64,000 nucleotides of DNA from Minisyncoccia bacterium (GTDB taxonomy: Bacteria > Patescibacteriota > Minisyncoccia > Phycocordibacterales > UBA9973), in contig JBBRWS010000004.1 of the NCBI GenBank assembly GCA_038249055.1, positions 17,939 to 81,938 on the forward strand, read 5' to 3'. This document shows, one piece after another, positions 19,547-28,852 of the stretch. The notes below the pieces were generated by a model, which was not told the origin of the DNA, ran no database searches, and saw nothing but the letters and a program-made list of their open reading frames with translations. A program made the position numbers and the translations under genes. The stretch's first letter is position 1, and each line of letters begins with the position of its first letter.

Positions 19547-20095
19547 ATGGAACTTTTAGCAGAATTAATTGAAGAAAAATGCCAATTTTTAAGGAAAAGA
19601 ATTGATCATTTAGATGGAAATTATTTACTTAGTTCTCAATTTGTTACCTTTGAAAATAATATTAAAATTCAAGGTGAGCAATTGCAAATAGGTAATGTTG
19701 TTGCAAGAAGAATTAATTGGAATGAGAGGGTTAAAAATCTTATTAAATCCGGTTTTTCATCTCCCGATATTATTAATGCTCTTACTTCAAATCAGGATAA
19801 TGTGGCTGAGTCTTTTCTTATCGGAAAAATTTATCTTAATTCAAATACCAACGTAGGTGCTGAAATTGATTTAATTCGCAAGTACGTGAGAGGTATTTTA
19901 TCAAGAGAATATCTTTTATGCTTCTACACTTTATCTTTTAAAAATGATAAGTATAGATTGATGGAGGAGACTTCAGACTGGGAAAACGGGATCACACTTA
20001 TTGCAAGAAGTATATATGATTTTGAAAAAAACCCTACAAGTTTTATTAACGATCGTATCAAAAAATGGCAAACTAAAGAAAAAGAACCCTTGTGA
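19547..20095 (+). CDS. hypothetical protein
   Basis: An ORF with no recognised motifs, followed by a hairpin and T run. Confidence 0.45.
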   Translation: MELLAELIEEKCQFLRKRIDHLDGNYLLSSQFVTFENNIKIQGEQLQIGNVVARRINWNERVKNLIKSGFSSPDIINALTSNQDNVAESFLIGKIYLNSNTNVGAEIDLIRKYVRGILSREYLLCFYTLSFKNDKYRLMEETSDWENGITLIARSIYDFEKNPTSFINDRIKKWQTKEKEPL

Positions 20096-20115
20096 AAGCA
20101 AGAGGTTCTTTTTAA
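20083..20115 (+). terminator. putative terminator overlapping the stop codon of the 19547 CDS
   Basis: Stem agaacc / ggttct followed by ttttt. Confidence 0.5.
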
Positions 20116-20230
20116 TTATAATTTTCTTTACAAATTCTCTCATTTTGTTATCATATTCTCTATTACTATTATTTATCACAGGCCGAAGGTACTCTGAGTA
20201 ATCTCAAAGTGCACAAAGGCTTGGAATGAG

Positions 20231-21607
20231 ATGACTAAACGTTCAATCACTTCCAAAAAACTTTGGAAGCTGGGGATCAGTGATTTCAATACCCAATATT
20301 TTGATTTTAATAAAGATGGGGATTTAATCGCAAAAGAAGGTAATAATGTTTATAATATCCGATACTTAGCAGAAAAATTTGGAACATCACTTGAAATACT
20401 GTTTCCTTATATCGTTGAAGAAAGAGTAGAAGATCTACTTGATCTTTCTTCGTCATTAATTAAAAAATTAAAATATCAAGGTAAGTTTTTTTATCACTAT
20501 CCCATGAAGAGTAATCAGACCAAAGAAGTAGTCATGGCCATGGTTGGTGAAGGAGCAAACATTGAAACATCTTCATATAATGAACTATATATTATAAAGA
20601 AAATGTTAGAGCAACAATCTTTTAATGAAAAAATAAGAATTCTTTGTAACGGGCCAAAAACTGATAAATATATAAATCTAATAGACGAACTTCAGCACCG
20701 TGGATTAAAAATTCTACCAATTATAGAAGGACCTGGTGAATTACAAATGTTTCAATTTTCTAAGTATGATGTTGGAATAAGACTAGATATTCCCGTTAAA
20801 TCAAAGGCAAACTGGAATAAAAAAATAGACAGGTTTGGTTTTAGTAGAATAGAATTATTAAAAATGTCTCCGTTTAAGAATTTGAAAGTTTTGCATTATA
20901 GAATAGGTAAGCTTGAAAAACCGTCTGATATTATTGAATCTACAAAATATGCACTAAATGTTTATTTTAAATTAAAGGAAACGAATCCCACTTTGGATAC
21001 TATCGATATTGGAGGAGGAATGCCTATTCCATTCGAAAGAAATAAAAAATATTCTGTTGAGAAAATATTAGAGAAACTTTTTGAGCTTTTGAAAAGAGAA
21101 TCTGAAAAGAGAGGAGTACCACATCCAAATCTTATTTGTGAATGGGGACGATATATGACCGCTCCCGCACAAATTACTATTTTTAAAGTAATAGATACTA
21201 AAAAGATAGTGAATAAAGGTGTTGAAGCAAAAAAATGGTATGTTATAGATGGTAGTCTTATGAATGATTTGATAGACACATGGTCTATAAATCAAAAGTG
21301 GTTTGTATGCCCAATAAATAATAAACTAGATGGTAAGCTTAATGATGTTTGGATTGCGGGTTCTAGTTGTGATTCTGATGATATTTATACTGGAATAGAT
21401 GAATCCATCCCATTACCAGATTATGATTATGATCAGCATGAACCATTTTATGTAGTATTTTTTGATACGGGGGCTTATCAAGATGCTTTAGCATCACACC
21501 ATTGTATGCTTTCGTCTCCTATAAAAATAATTGCTGAGAATGGTCATATTGTTGTGGCTCGTAAACGCGAATCTGCTGAAGATGTTGGAAAAGAGTTTGG
21601 TTGGTAG
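20231..21607 (+). CDS. PLP-dependent arginine/ornithine decarboxylase (fold-type III, SpeA-like)
   Basis: FYHYPMKSNQTKEVV resembles the SpeA PLP-binding motif (YPVKVNQ) and TLDTIDIGGGMPI resembles the SpeA LDVGGGLG motif. Confidence 0.6.
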   Translation: MTKRSITSKKLWKLGISDFNTQYFDFNKDGDLIAKEGNNVYNIRYLAEKFGTSLEILFPYIVEERVEDLLDLSSSLIKKLKYQGKFFYHYPMKSNQTKEVVMAMVGEGANIETSSYNELYIIKKMLEQQSFNEKIRILCNGPKTDKYINLIDELQHRGLKILPIIEGPGELQMFQFSKYDVGIRLDIPVKSKANWNKKIDRFGFSRIELLKMSPFKNLKVLHYRIGKLEKPSDIIESTKYALNVYFKLKETNPTLDTIDIGGGMPIPFERNKKYSVEKILEKLFELLKRESEKRGVPHPNLICEWGRYMTAPAQITIFKVIDTKKIVNKGVEAKKWYVIDGSLMNDLIDTWSINQKWFVCPINNKLDGKLNDVWIAGSSCDSDDIYTGIDESIPLPDYDYDQHEPFYVVFFDTGAYQDALASHHCMLSSPIKIIAENGHIVVARKRESAEDVGKEFGW

Positions 21608-21669
21608 TAGAATATAATTATCAATTAATAATAATTTTAATAAAGCTACACAAATTATATTTTAAGAAA

Positions 21670-21721
21670 TCTTTTAGAGGTCCAACCTCTAACTGGCTCC
21701 GGAGGTTGTACCTCTAAAAGA
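21670..21721. repeat. 20-bp-stem palindromic hairpin (related to the element at 42996-43032)
   Basis: tcttttagaggtccaacctc ... gaggttgtacctctaaaaga. It shares the 11-mers gtccaacctct and agaggttgtac with the second hairpin. Confidence 0.6.
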
Positions 21722-21766
21722 GTGATTCAGATTTTTTTCTAAAATAATTTTATATGCTAAAAACAT

Positions 21767-22792
21767 ATGCAAAATACAAATTTACCTACTTTAGAATTTA
21801 TTCTAAAAAATTATAAAAATTTTAACGCTCGTGCCACAAAAGACTCAACATTATCATATTGGCGCCACATAGAAAAAGGTGGAAAAATGTTTTGGGCTAT
21901 GGGTGGAGCTATGTCTTCCGCTCAGCTTGGTATTACTCTTGCCCCAGCAATCAGAAATGGTTTAATACACGGTATGTCAGTTACGGGTGCTAACCTAGAG
22001 GAATCATTGTTCCGTTTAGTTGCTCACAAAAGTTATAAGGATTTTCCCGATTACAGATACTTTACAAAAGAAGATGACACTAAAATATTAAACGACCGTA
22101 TGCGCCGTGTCACAGATACAAGTATTCCTGAAGATGAAGCTTTTCGTGTTGTTGAAAAGCAGATTGTTCCTACTTGGAAAGAAGCGTCAGAAAAAGGTAC
22201 AAGAAAGTTCTGGCATGAATACTTTTATGATTTAATTCAATCTATTGATAAAGAAAAACATGAAGGTAATGCGGAGGAATGCTGGCTACTTGCTGCTGCA
22301 GAAAATAATATCCCAATAGTAGTTCCAGGTTACGAGGATTCAACTTTTGGAAACATTTTTGCTTCATATGTTAAAACAGGTGAATGTAGTGCAAATATTG
22401 CAAAATCTGGTGTTGAATATATGGGTGCTTGGTATGACCAATATCAAGAACTTTCAAAAGGAGAGGGAGTTGGTTTTTACCAAATAGGAGGAGGTATTTC
22501 AGGAGATTTCCCAATTTGCGTAGTTCCTTCTTTGAAATATGACATGCAAATTGATAATGTTAAACCATGGTCATATTTCTGCCAGATTTCAGATTCTACA
22601 ACTTCATATGGTTCTTATTCAGGTGCTACTCCAAATGAAAAAATTACTTGGGATAAACTTACAAAAGAAACACCAATGTTTGTTATTGAATCAGATGCGA
22701 CTATTGTAGTTCCTTTAGTTATCCAAGCATTACTAGAATGCAAAGCAAATCCAACTGAAGCAAATAAATTAATAGAAAAATATAGTGCATAG
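21767..22792 (+). CDS. deoxyhypusine synthase-like protein (DHS / homospermidine-synthase family)
   Basis: MGGAMSSAQLGITLAPAIRNGLIHGMSVTGANLEESLFRL matches the DHS NAD/spermidine-binding core. Its 3' end overlaps the next gene by 8 nt. Confidence 0.7.
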   Translation: MQNTNLPTLEFILKNYKNFNARATKDSTLSYWRHIEKGGKMFWAMGGAMSSAQLGITLAPAIRNGLIHGMSVTGANLEESLFRLVAHKSYKDFPDYRYFTKEDDTKILNDRMRRVTDTSIPEDEAFRVVEKQIVPTWKEASEKGTRKFWHEYFYDLIQSIDKEKHEGNAEECWLLAAAENNIPIVVPGYEDSTFGNIFASYVKTGECSANIAKSGVEYMGAWYDQYQELSKGEGVGFYQIGGGISGDFPICVVPSLKYDMQIDNVKPWSYFCQISDSTTSYGSYSGATPNEKITWDKLTKETPMFVIESDATIVVPLVIQALLECKANPTEANKLIEKYSA

Positions 22793-23861
22793 TTTGGTAA
22801 TGAATAATTCTATTGAAAATAAAAAAATATTAGAGGACAAAATTGCAAATTTTGACCCCAATGATAGTGGTGCGCTATACCACGGTATTTTTGGATTGCC
22901 TTTTAACGAGCTTGAATCAAAGGTTGTTTTAGTGCCTGTGCCATGGGAAGCTACTGTTTCCTATGGTGAAGGTACCGCTCTGGGCCCTAAAGCAATACTA
23001 GACGCCTCACAGCAGATAGATTTGTATGATTTGATTAATCCAAATGGCTGGAAAGAGGGTATTGCAATGCAAGATATTCCTTCAAGTATTTTATATAAGA
23101 GTAAACAAGTCAGAGAAAAAACTTTAAAGTACCTAGAAGGTTATAATGAAAAGAAAATCGATACAAATTTGCGAAATGAAATTAATGCTGATTGTTTAGA
23201 TCTTAAAAATTATGTAAAAGAGACTACAGAAAAATTATTAGAAGAGGGCAAAATTGTAGGAATTGTTGGGGGTGAGCATAGCGTTCCTCTTGGATATTTA
23301 GAAGCTCTTTCAAATAAATATGAGGATTTTGGAATACTACATATCGATGCACACTCTGATTTGAGAGATGCATATTTAGGATTGGAATATTCTCATGCCT
23401 CAATATTCTTTAATGCTCTAAAGATTAAAAACATTTCAAAGTTAGTTCAAGTTGGAGTTCGTGATTTTTGTGAACAAGAACATGAACTAATAGGAAAAGA
23501 AAAAAATCGCATAGCTTTATTTACAGATTATGAGATAAAAAAGGATGTTTATTGTGGTAAAACTTTAAAAGAAAAATTTGGAGAAATAATTAAAGAGCTT
23601 CCAGAAAATGTTTATATTTCTTTTGATATAGATGGCTTGATTCCTTATTTAAGTCCCAGCACAGGTACTCCTGTCATTGGTGGTTTTGCTATTGAAGAAA
23701 TGATTTTCTTATTTGAAGAATTAATTTTGTCTGGTAAAAAAATAATTGGCTTTGATTTATGTGAAGTAGCCCAAGGGGATAATGAATGGGATGGAAATGT
23801 GGGTGCTAGAGTTTTATATAAACTTTGTTTACTAACATTAAAGAGTCAAGAAAATAAGTAA
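22785..23861 (+). CDS. speB: agmatinase / ureohydrolase (arginase family)
   Basis: GGEHSV, HIDAHSDL and SFDIDGL are the Mn-binding ureohydrolase motifs. Confidence 0.8.
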   Translation: MHSLVMNNSIENKKILEDKIANFDPNDSGALYHGIFGLPFNELESKVVLVPVPWEATVSYGEGTALGPKAILDASQQIDLYDLINPNGWKEGIAMQDIPSSILYKSKQVREKTLKYLEGYNEKKIDTNLRNEINADCLDLKNYVKETTEKLLEEGKIVGIVGGEHSVPLGYLEALSNKYEDFGILHIDAHSDLRDAYLGLEYSHASIFFNALKIKNISKLVQVGVRDFCEQEHELIGKEKNRIALFTDYEIKKDVYCGKTLKEKFGEIIKELPENVYISFDIDGLIPYLSPSTGTPVIGGFAIEEMIFLFEELILSGKKIIGFDLCEVAQGDNEWDGNVGARVLYKLCLLTLKSQENK

Positions 23862-23871
23862 TATTTAATCT

Positions 23872-23897
23872 AAAAACACCCAATATTGGGTGTTTTT
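23872..23897. terminator. bidirectional terminator between convergent genes
   Basis: aaaaacacccaatattgggtgttttt. Confidence 0.85.
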
Positions 23898-23913
23898 AGA
23901 TATTTCATATTAC

Positions 23914-24837
23914 TTAACTATTCAATATTTTTATAAAATCCCTAGTAAACATTTTTTTATTAATTTTAGTAACTAGGTTTATGTTACAATTTTTATCACC
24001 ATAGGTTCTTTTTTCCATCACAGTCATACCTCTTGTATATTCTCCCTTTGTTTCAATTCTAATATCAGCCTTAATTAAAGAATATGCACTTGGGTTAATC
24101 AAGTAGTATCCAGCTAAAGCGTCATAAACTAAAGCGCCTTTTATTTTCTCAAAATTATTTATTCCTTCGATAAATTTTTTCATCATTGATATAATTGGTC
24201 TATATAGATTTCCTTTTTTAAGGCATTCAAAATCTTTCATAGTTAAAACTATTTTATTACATACATCGAGAGGAACTAGAATAATTTTTGCACCTGAATT
24301 AAAGACAATTTCAGCAGCCTCTGGATCGACAAAAATATTAAATTCAGCAGTTCTATTTTTATTTCCTGGACAATCAATCGCTCCACCCATAATAATAAAT
24401 TCCTTAACCAGTTTTGGTAAATTAGGTTCTTTTATTATAGCCTTTGCAATATTTGTTTCCGGGCCAATTACAACAATAGAAGTCCGACCCGGATTAGTCT
24501 TAATTATCTCGATTATCTTATCGACAGCTAGACCGTTTAGGGGCTCTTCTTTGGCTATTGTGGCCCCATCTAGACCGCTTTCACCGTGAACATTAGCCAA
24601 TATTAAGTCTCTACTTAAGGGTTTTTCAGACCCAGAATATATAGGTATTCCACCATCAACTAAATCAATTATATATCTTGCATTATCGGTAACATTTTTT
24701 AATGTTGAATTTCCGGCCACTGTGGCAATAGCTTTAATATCAACAACGCCAGACTTTTGTAATAGTAGAATAGCCAAGGCATCATCATGACCTGGATCAG
24801 TATCTATTATAATTTGTTTTTTTATATATTTTTTCAT
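23914..24837 (-). CDS. nucleoside hydrolase (inosine-uridine-preferring (IU-NH) family)
   Basis: IIIDTDPGHDDALAI is the hallmark Asp cluster. Confidence 0.85.
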   Translation of the reverse strand: MKKYIKKQIIIDTDPGHDDALAILLLQKSGVVDIKAIATVAGNSTLKNVTDNARYIIDLVDGGIPIYSGSEKPLSRDLILANVHGESGLDGATIAKEEPLNGLAVDKIIEIIKTNPGRTSIVVIGPETNIAKAIIKEPNLPKLVKEFIIMGGAIDCPGNKNRTAEFNIFVDPEAAEIVFNSGAKIILVPLDVCNKIVLTMKDFECLKKGNLYRPIISMMKKFIEGINNFEKIKGALVYDALAGYYLINPSAYSLIKADIRIETKGEYTRGMTVMEKRTYGDKNCNINLVTKINKKMFTRDFIKILNS

Positions 24838-24853
24838 AAATTTATTTAATATA

Positions 24854-25528
24854 TTAATTTATAATTTTTTCCAAACTTAAACTTTTATATAGTTCCTCGA
24901 TATTTTTTATTGTTTTATATTCATTATTTTCTAAATCAGTAATATATATAACATTTAACCCCGCTTCAATGGCTGGAAGTATATCTGAACCAAGAGAATC
25001 TCCAATCATAACAACTTCATCTGGATTAACTGAATATTTTACACAAATATCCTCATATATTTGTTTACTACCACCTTTAGGCATTTGACCTCCTTTTTCC
25101 CAAGCGATGATAAAATCAAAATTATTTTCATCGACATCTATAGCCTTTAAAATTTTTAAAGCTTGGATTGTAGGCCCATCTGTAATAGCACCCACAATAA
25201 AGCCTAATTTTTTTAGATTTTTTAATAATTCATTTGAATAAAGAATTACACTTAAATATTCTTCTGGATTAAGTGACAGTATCGCATCATACCAAACCCC
25301 AATATCTAATCCCGATAATTCAAAACTATATTCACCACGACCATTATATTTACGACGACAATCATCTGCTATTTTTTTACCTTCTTGTAATGATATATTT
25401 AATTCTCTGGCCAAAGTGCTCTCAAGTGTTCTTGAATACTGCGAATAAAATAATTTCGCTTTTTCGCCATATGAAAGGGTATTATCTATATCAAACAATA
25501 CTATTTTGATTTTATTTTTATTTATCAT
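24854..25528 (-). CDS. HAD-superfamily hydrolase (subfamily IA-like)
   Basis: Motif I LFDIDNTL and motif IV GDSLGSDI. Confidence 0.75.
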   Translation of the reverse strand: MINKNKIKIVLFDIDNTLSYGEKAKLFYSQYSRTLESTLARELNISLQEGKKIADDCRRKYNGRGEYSFELSGLDIGVWYDAILSLNPEEYLSVILYSNELLKNLKKLGFIVGAITDGPTIQALKILKAIDVDENNFDFIIAWEKGGQMPKGGSKQIYEDICVKYSVNPDEVVMIGDSLGSDILPAIEAGLNVIYITDLENNEYKTIKNIEELYKSLSLEKIIN

Positions 25529-25546
25529 ATATTTTTATAAATTAAT

Positions 25547-25574
25547 TTAATAAAGCAAAAACACACTTCCGGAC
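25547..25574 (-). terminator. minus-strand terminator just upstream of the HAD gene
   Basis: acacacttccg gac ggaagtgtgt, with a T run on the minus strand. Confidence 0.6.
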
Positions 25575-25619
25575 GGAAGTGTGTTTAAGATGTTTAATAG
25601 CGATATTATAACAAATTAA

Positions 25620-25682
25620 CTAGAAACCACTCCACCCGAGGTGATGTAGTGTATGATGCCAATTTGTTTTAATAATCTTCAT
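25620..25682 (-). CDS. candidate 20-aa small ORF (MKIIKTNWHHTLHHLGWSGF), possibly leaderless
   Basis: It sits between two minus-strand terminators. On the minus strand a TTGACA-16-TAATAC promoter (25717-25690) places the transcription start site at the ATG. Confidence 0.2.
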   Translation of the reverse strand: MKIIKTNWHHTLHHLGWSGF

Positions 25683-25848
25683 ATTCTCAGTATTAACCTT
25701 TCTTTGGTTCTTGTCAACTGCCCATTAAAATTAATTTATTTAACAATCTCTTTAGTAAACGACTTTTCTACATCATTTAAATCTTTTTCATATAATGATT
25801 ATGTCATTTTATTGTTACTATAATAAAAAAGATTAAATTTCAAATCAT

Positions 25849-25877
25849 AAAAAAGCCGGAAATAATTCCGGCCTTTT
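25849..25877. terminator. bidirectional terminator after the minus-strand 25892 CDS
   Basis: aaaaaagccggaaataattccggcctttt. Confidence 0.8.
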
Positions 25878-25891
25878 ATTTGTTTAGATGT

Positions 25892-26308
25892 TTAGTAGCA
25901 GACTCTCATGAGCCCATAAACTTTAGTTCTAATATCATCTCTAATTTCACGCAATCTTTCGATAGATAAATTAAATGGATCTTCGATTTCCCATAGAGTA
26001 ACAGAAGGGTGTTTAAAGACAAAATCAGGACAATCTTCTTTTTTACACATAACAATTACCTTGTCGGCTGATTTTATCATTTCCTCAGTAATGTATTTAG
26101 CGCTTTTAGAAGAAAGATCAATCCTTTCTTCTCTCATGACTTGTATTACATTAGGGTGTAATCTTTTCCATAATGCGGGAGTAGAAGGATCAATACCGGC
26201 ACTTGAGGCATCATTTGAATCTGTCATTTGGTTATAAAAACCTTCTGCCATTTGACTCCTACCTACATTGCCATGACAAATGAATAATAATTTTGGATCT
26301 GTATTCAT
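25892..26308 (-). CDS. arsenate reductase (thioredoxin-coupled ArsC) / LMW phosphotyrosine phosphatase family
   Basis: P-loop LFICHGNVGRSQMAE, and a second Cys pair in VMCKKEDCP as in Bacillus ArsC. Confidence 0.7.
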   Translation of the reverse strand: MNTDPKLLFICHGNVGRSQMAEGFYNQMTDSNDASSAGIDPSTPALWKRLHPNVIQVMREERIDLSSKSAKYITEEMIKSADKVIVMCKKEDCPDFVFKHPSVTLWEIEDPFNLSIERLREIRDDIRTKVYGLMRVCY

Positions 26309-26492
26309 GAGATTAAATATTAGATTGTTTTAAGAATTTATTTATATTTATGGTACCATACCTTTAAAATAATACAAATTTGAATAGTTGGTGCACTTTT
26401 AAAAAGTTGCAAGTTTTATACTAGTATGCTAGTATATGCGTAAGTACTAATGCACATTAAATTCAAAAATATAAATACAAAAACCAAATATT

Positions 26493-27608
26493 ATGGACGT
26501 AAAAAGCTTACTTAAAGAAAAAGCATACCAAAACATTCCATTAAGTTTTGAAGAAGCTTATGAACTAGCAGCTTATACAATTGAGGGATGCAATGGTAAT
26601 GACCTTGCACAAATTCAATCAGTTGCTGTACTCTGTGCGTTGCATAATAAAGCAACATATCTTCACAAAGATGCATATCTTCAGATTGCTGGCATTTCTG
26701 CCGGAATCATTGATTTTGATATTAAAAAATCAATAAACGGATTTGCAAAACCAAAAGTTCCATATGTTGTTGATAACTGTGGAATGGGAGGAGATCACTT
26801 TGTAACTGCTAATGTTTCTACTTTAGCTGGATTAACTGCTGCATCTCTTGGTGTATACGTGTGTAAACATGGATCACCCGCAAATGCAGATAAGGGCAGA
26901 CAAGGAAGTTCAGATTTCATAAATTTTTGTGGAATACCAAACATCTTGCCTAAAAATGATATTGAAAGGATGATTGAATCTCATAGATTTGGTTATATTG
27001 AGGCTTTGGATACTAATTTTAAAGTTGTTCATCAGCAGACGCATAATTTTGCTCATCTGCCACATATGAATGACCTTATTGGCCCATTAACTCATCCTAT
27101 TGATCCTGTGCTTCTAAAGTATAAAATCATAGGGATTAATCATCTTGTACCAGTTGAAGTTGTAGTCAAGGCATTAAAAGTATTAAACGAAAAAGGATAT
27201 ACTTTTTTTGAAAAAGCTATGGCCGTTAGAGGAAGTGTTGGGTCTACAAATCAAGATGGAATTGATGAATTATCAATTACAAAATGGGGAACAACAGTTT
27301 CTGAATTATCTGAAAATGGTATTAGATCTTATTCTATCAATTCTGATGATTTCGGTATTAATCCAGTAGATAAATCATTTTTGACTCCGCCAAATGGTAT
27401 GAGTAAGGCTGATTTTTCGTTAAGTATTCTCAACAACGAGTCACCAAAAGAAAGTATTTATATGATTGCAGCAAGCAGTGCACTTATATTACAAATGGTT
27501 GGTGAAGTTAAAACTTTGAAAGAAGGATTTAATGTATCTTACGAACAGATTCGTTCTGGAAAAGTTGTTTCGTATTTATCAGATTTGAAAAATAGTATTG
27601 TTATTTAA
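26493..27608 (+). CDS. TrpD-like glycosyltransferase-family-3 protein (anthranilate phosphoribosyltransferase homolog), paralog 1
   Basis: DNCGMGGDHFVTANVSTLAGLTAASLGVYVCKHGSPANADKGRQGSSDF matches TrpD GTGGD...KHGNR...GSAD. Confidence 0.7.
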   Translation: MDVKSLLKEKAYQNIPLSFEEAYELAAYTIEGCNGNDLAQIQSVAVLCALHNKATYLHKDAYLQIAGISAGIIDFDIKKSINGFAKPKVPYVVDNCGMGGDHFVTANVSTLAGLTAASLGVYVCKHGSPANADKGRQGSSDFINFCGIPNILPKNDIERMIESHRFGYIEALDTNFKVVHQQTHNFAHLPHMNDLIGPLTHPIDPVLLKYKIIGINHLVPVEVVVKALKVLNEKGYTFFEKAMAVRGSVGSTNQDGIDELSITKWGTTVSELSENGIRSYSINSDDFGINPVDKSFLTPPNGMSKADFSLSILNNESPKESIYMIAASSALILQMVGEVKTLKEGFNVSYEQIRSGKVVSYLSDLKNSIVI

Positions 27609-27620
27609 ATTAACAATTTA

Positions 27621-27660
27621 GGGATAATTATTTTTTATAAATAATTATCCCTTTTGTTTT
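27621..27660 (+). terminator. rho-independent terminator
   Basis: gggataattat (loop) ataattatccc followed by ttttgtttt. Confidence 0.75.
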
Positions 27661-27689
27661 GTAATTATTATATTGTATAATCAATCATT

Positions 27690-28508
27690 ATGCCTACTAA
27701 ATTTAATTTTAATAAAAAAAATAATATCTTAATAGGGGCAGTGCACTTGCCTCCACTTCTTGGGTATCCAGATTTTCCTGGTTTTGAAATAGCACTTAGA
27801 AATGCAAAAACCGATTTAGAAACATTTCAAAAAGCTGGATTTGATGCAGTTATTATCGAAAACAATTATGATATTCCTCATTTTGAAAATGTTAACCCAT
27901 CTATAGGAATTTCTATGAGTATTTTGTGTTATCAATTAAAACAAATAGCAACAATACCCATAGGAATAAGTGTATTGTGGAATGATTATAAAACCGCACT
28001 TTCTATTGCAAAAACTATAGGGGCGGATTTTATTAGAATTCCTGTTTTTGTAGATACCGTTGAAACAAGTTACGGTGTTATTAAAGGTAACTCAAAAGAG
28101 GTTATTGATTTTAGAAAAAGTATAGACGCAGAAAATATTTTAATTTATACTGATATACACGTAAAACACGCGAAATTACTTTCTTCCTATTCTTTAATTG
28201 AATCAGCGACAAAGGCTATATCTGAGGGTAGTGATGGTCTAATAATAACCGGTAAATGGACAGGTGAACAACCTTCAATGGAAGACCTAAGGTCGGTTCG
28301 TGAATCTGTTGGCGATTTTCCAATTATTGCTGGAAGCGGTGTTGATAATAAAAATATTAAAGAAATATTTTCTTATGCGAACAGTTGCATTGTAAGTACT
28401 TCAGTAAAAGAAGGCATAAATAACAATAAAGAAATAAATATAAAAAACTATTCACAAAGAATTAACTTAGAAGAATGTATAAAATTAGTAAAAACAGTCA
28501 ACAATTAA
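27690..28508 (+). CDS. BtpA/SgcQ-family TIM-barrel protein
   Basis: LIGAVHLPPLLGYPDF...DAVIIENNYDIP matches the BtpA N-terminal signature. Confidence 0.65.
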   Translation: MPTKFNFNKKNNILIGAVHLPPLLGYPDFPGFEIALRNAKTDLETFQKAGFDAVIIENNYDIPHFENVNPSIGISMSILCYQLKQIATIPIGISVLWNDYKTALSIAKTIGADFIRIPVFVDTVETSYGVIKGNSKEVIDFRKSIDAENILIYTDIHVKHAKLLSSYSLIESATKAISEGSDGLIITGKWTGEQPSMEDLRSVRESVGDFPIIAGSGVDNKNIKEIFSYANSCIVSTSVKEGINNNKEINIKNYSQRINLEECIKLVKTVNN

Positions 28509-28521
28509 ATATAAAAATAAT

Positions 28522-28806
28522 ATGAAAAAAATTAAAACGAATGATTTAATTGATATAATAAATTCTATAAATAATGATAAAAATCTTTTAAATTCTTTTT
28601 TGACAGATTTATTGACACCAGCAGAATATACGGAAATAAAAAAACGTTGGGAAATTGTAAAAATGCTGAATGAGGGTATAAATCAACATCAAATATCAAA
28701 AAGTCTTCACGTTGGAATAGCTACAGTAACGCGAGGTTCTAGAGCCATAAAAGATTCAAAAGGTGGTTTTAAGAAAGTTTTAAATCAAAAAGACCATCTC
28801 AACTAA
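28522..28806 (+). CDS. YerC/YecD-family TrpR-like DNA-binding protein
   Basis: LLTPAEYTEIKKRWEIVKMLNEGINQHQISKSLHVGIATVTRGSR aligns with B. subtilis YerC. Confidence 0.7.
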   Translation: MKKIKTNDLIDIINSINNDKNLLNSFLTDLLTPAEYTEIKKRWEIVKMLNEGINQHQISKSLHVGIATVTRGSRAIKDSKGGFKKVLNQKDHLN

Positions 28807-28822
28807 TTAGCAGAGATGGTCT
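28791..28822. terminator. hairpin between convergent genes (agaccatctc / gagatggtct)
   Basis: A 10-bp stem. The YerC stop codon lies in the loop. Confidence 0.55.
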
Positions 28823-28852
28823 ATGATGGTTTAATTTTCAAATACACACTTT

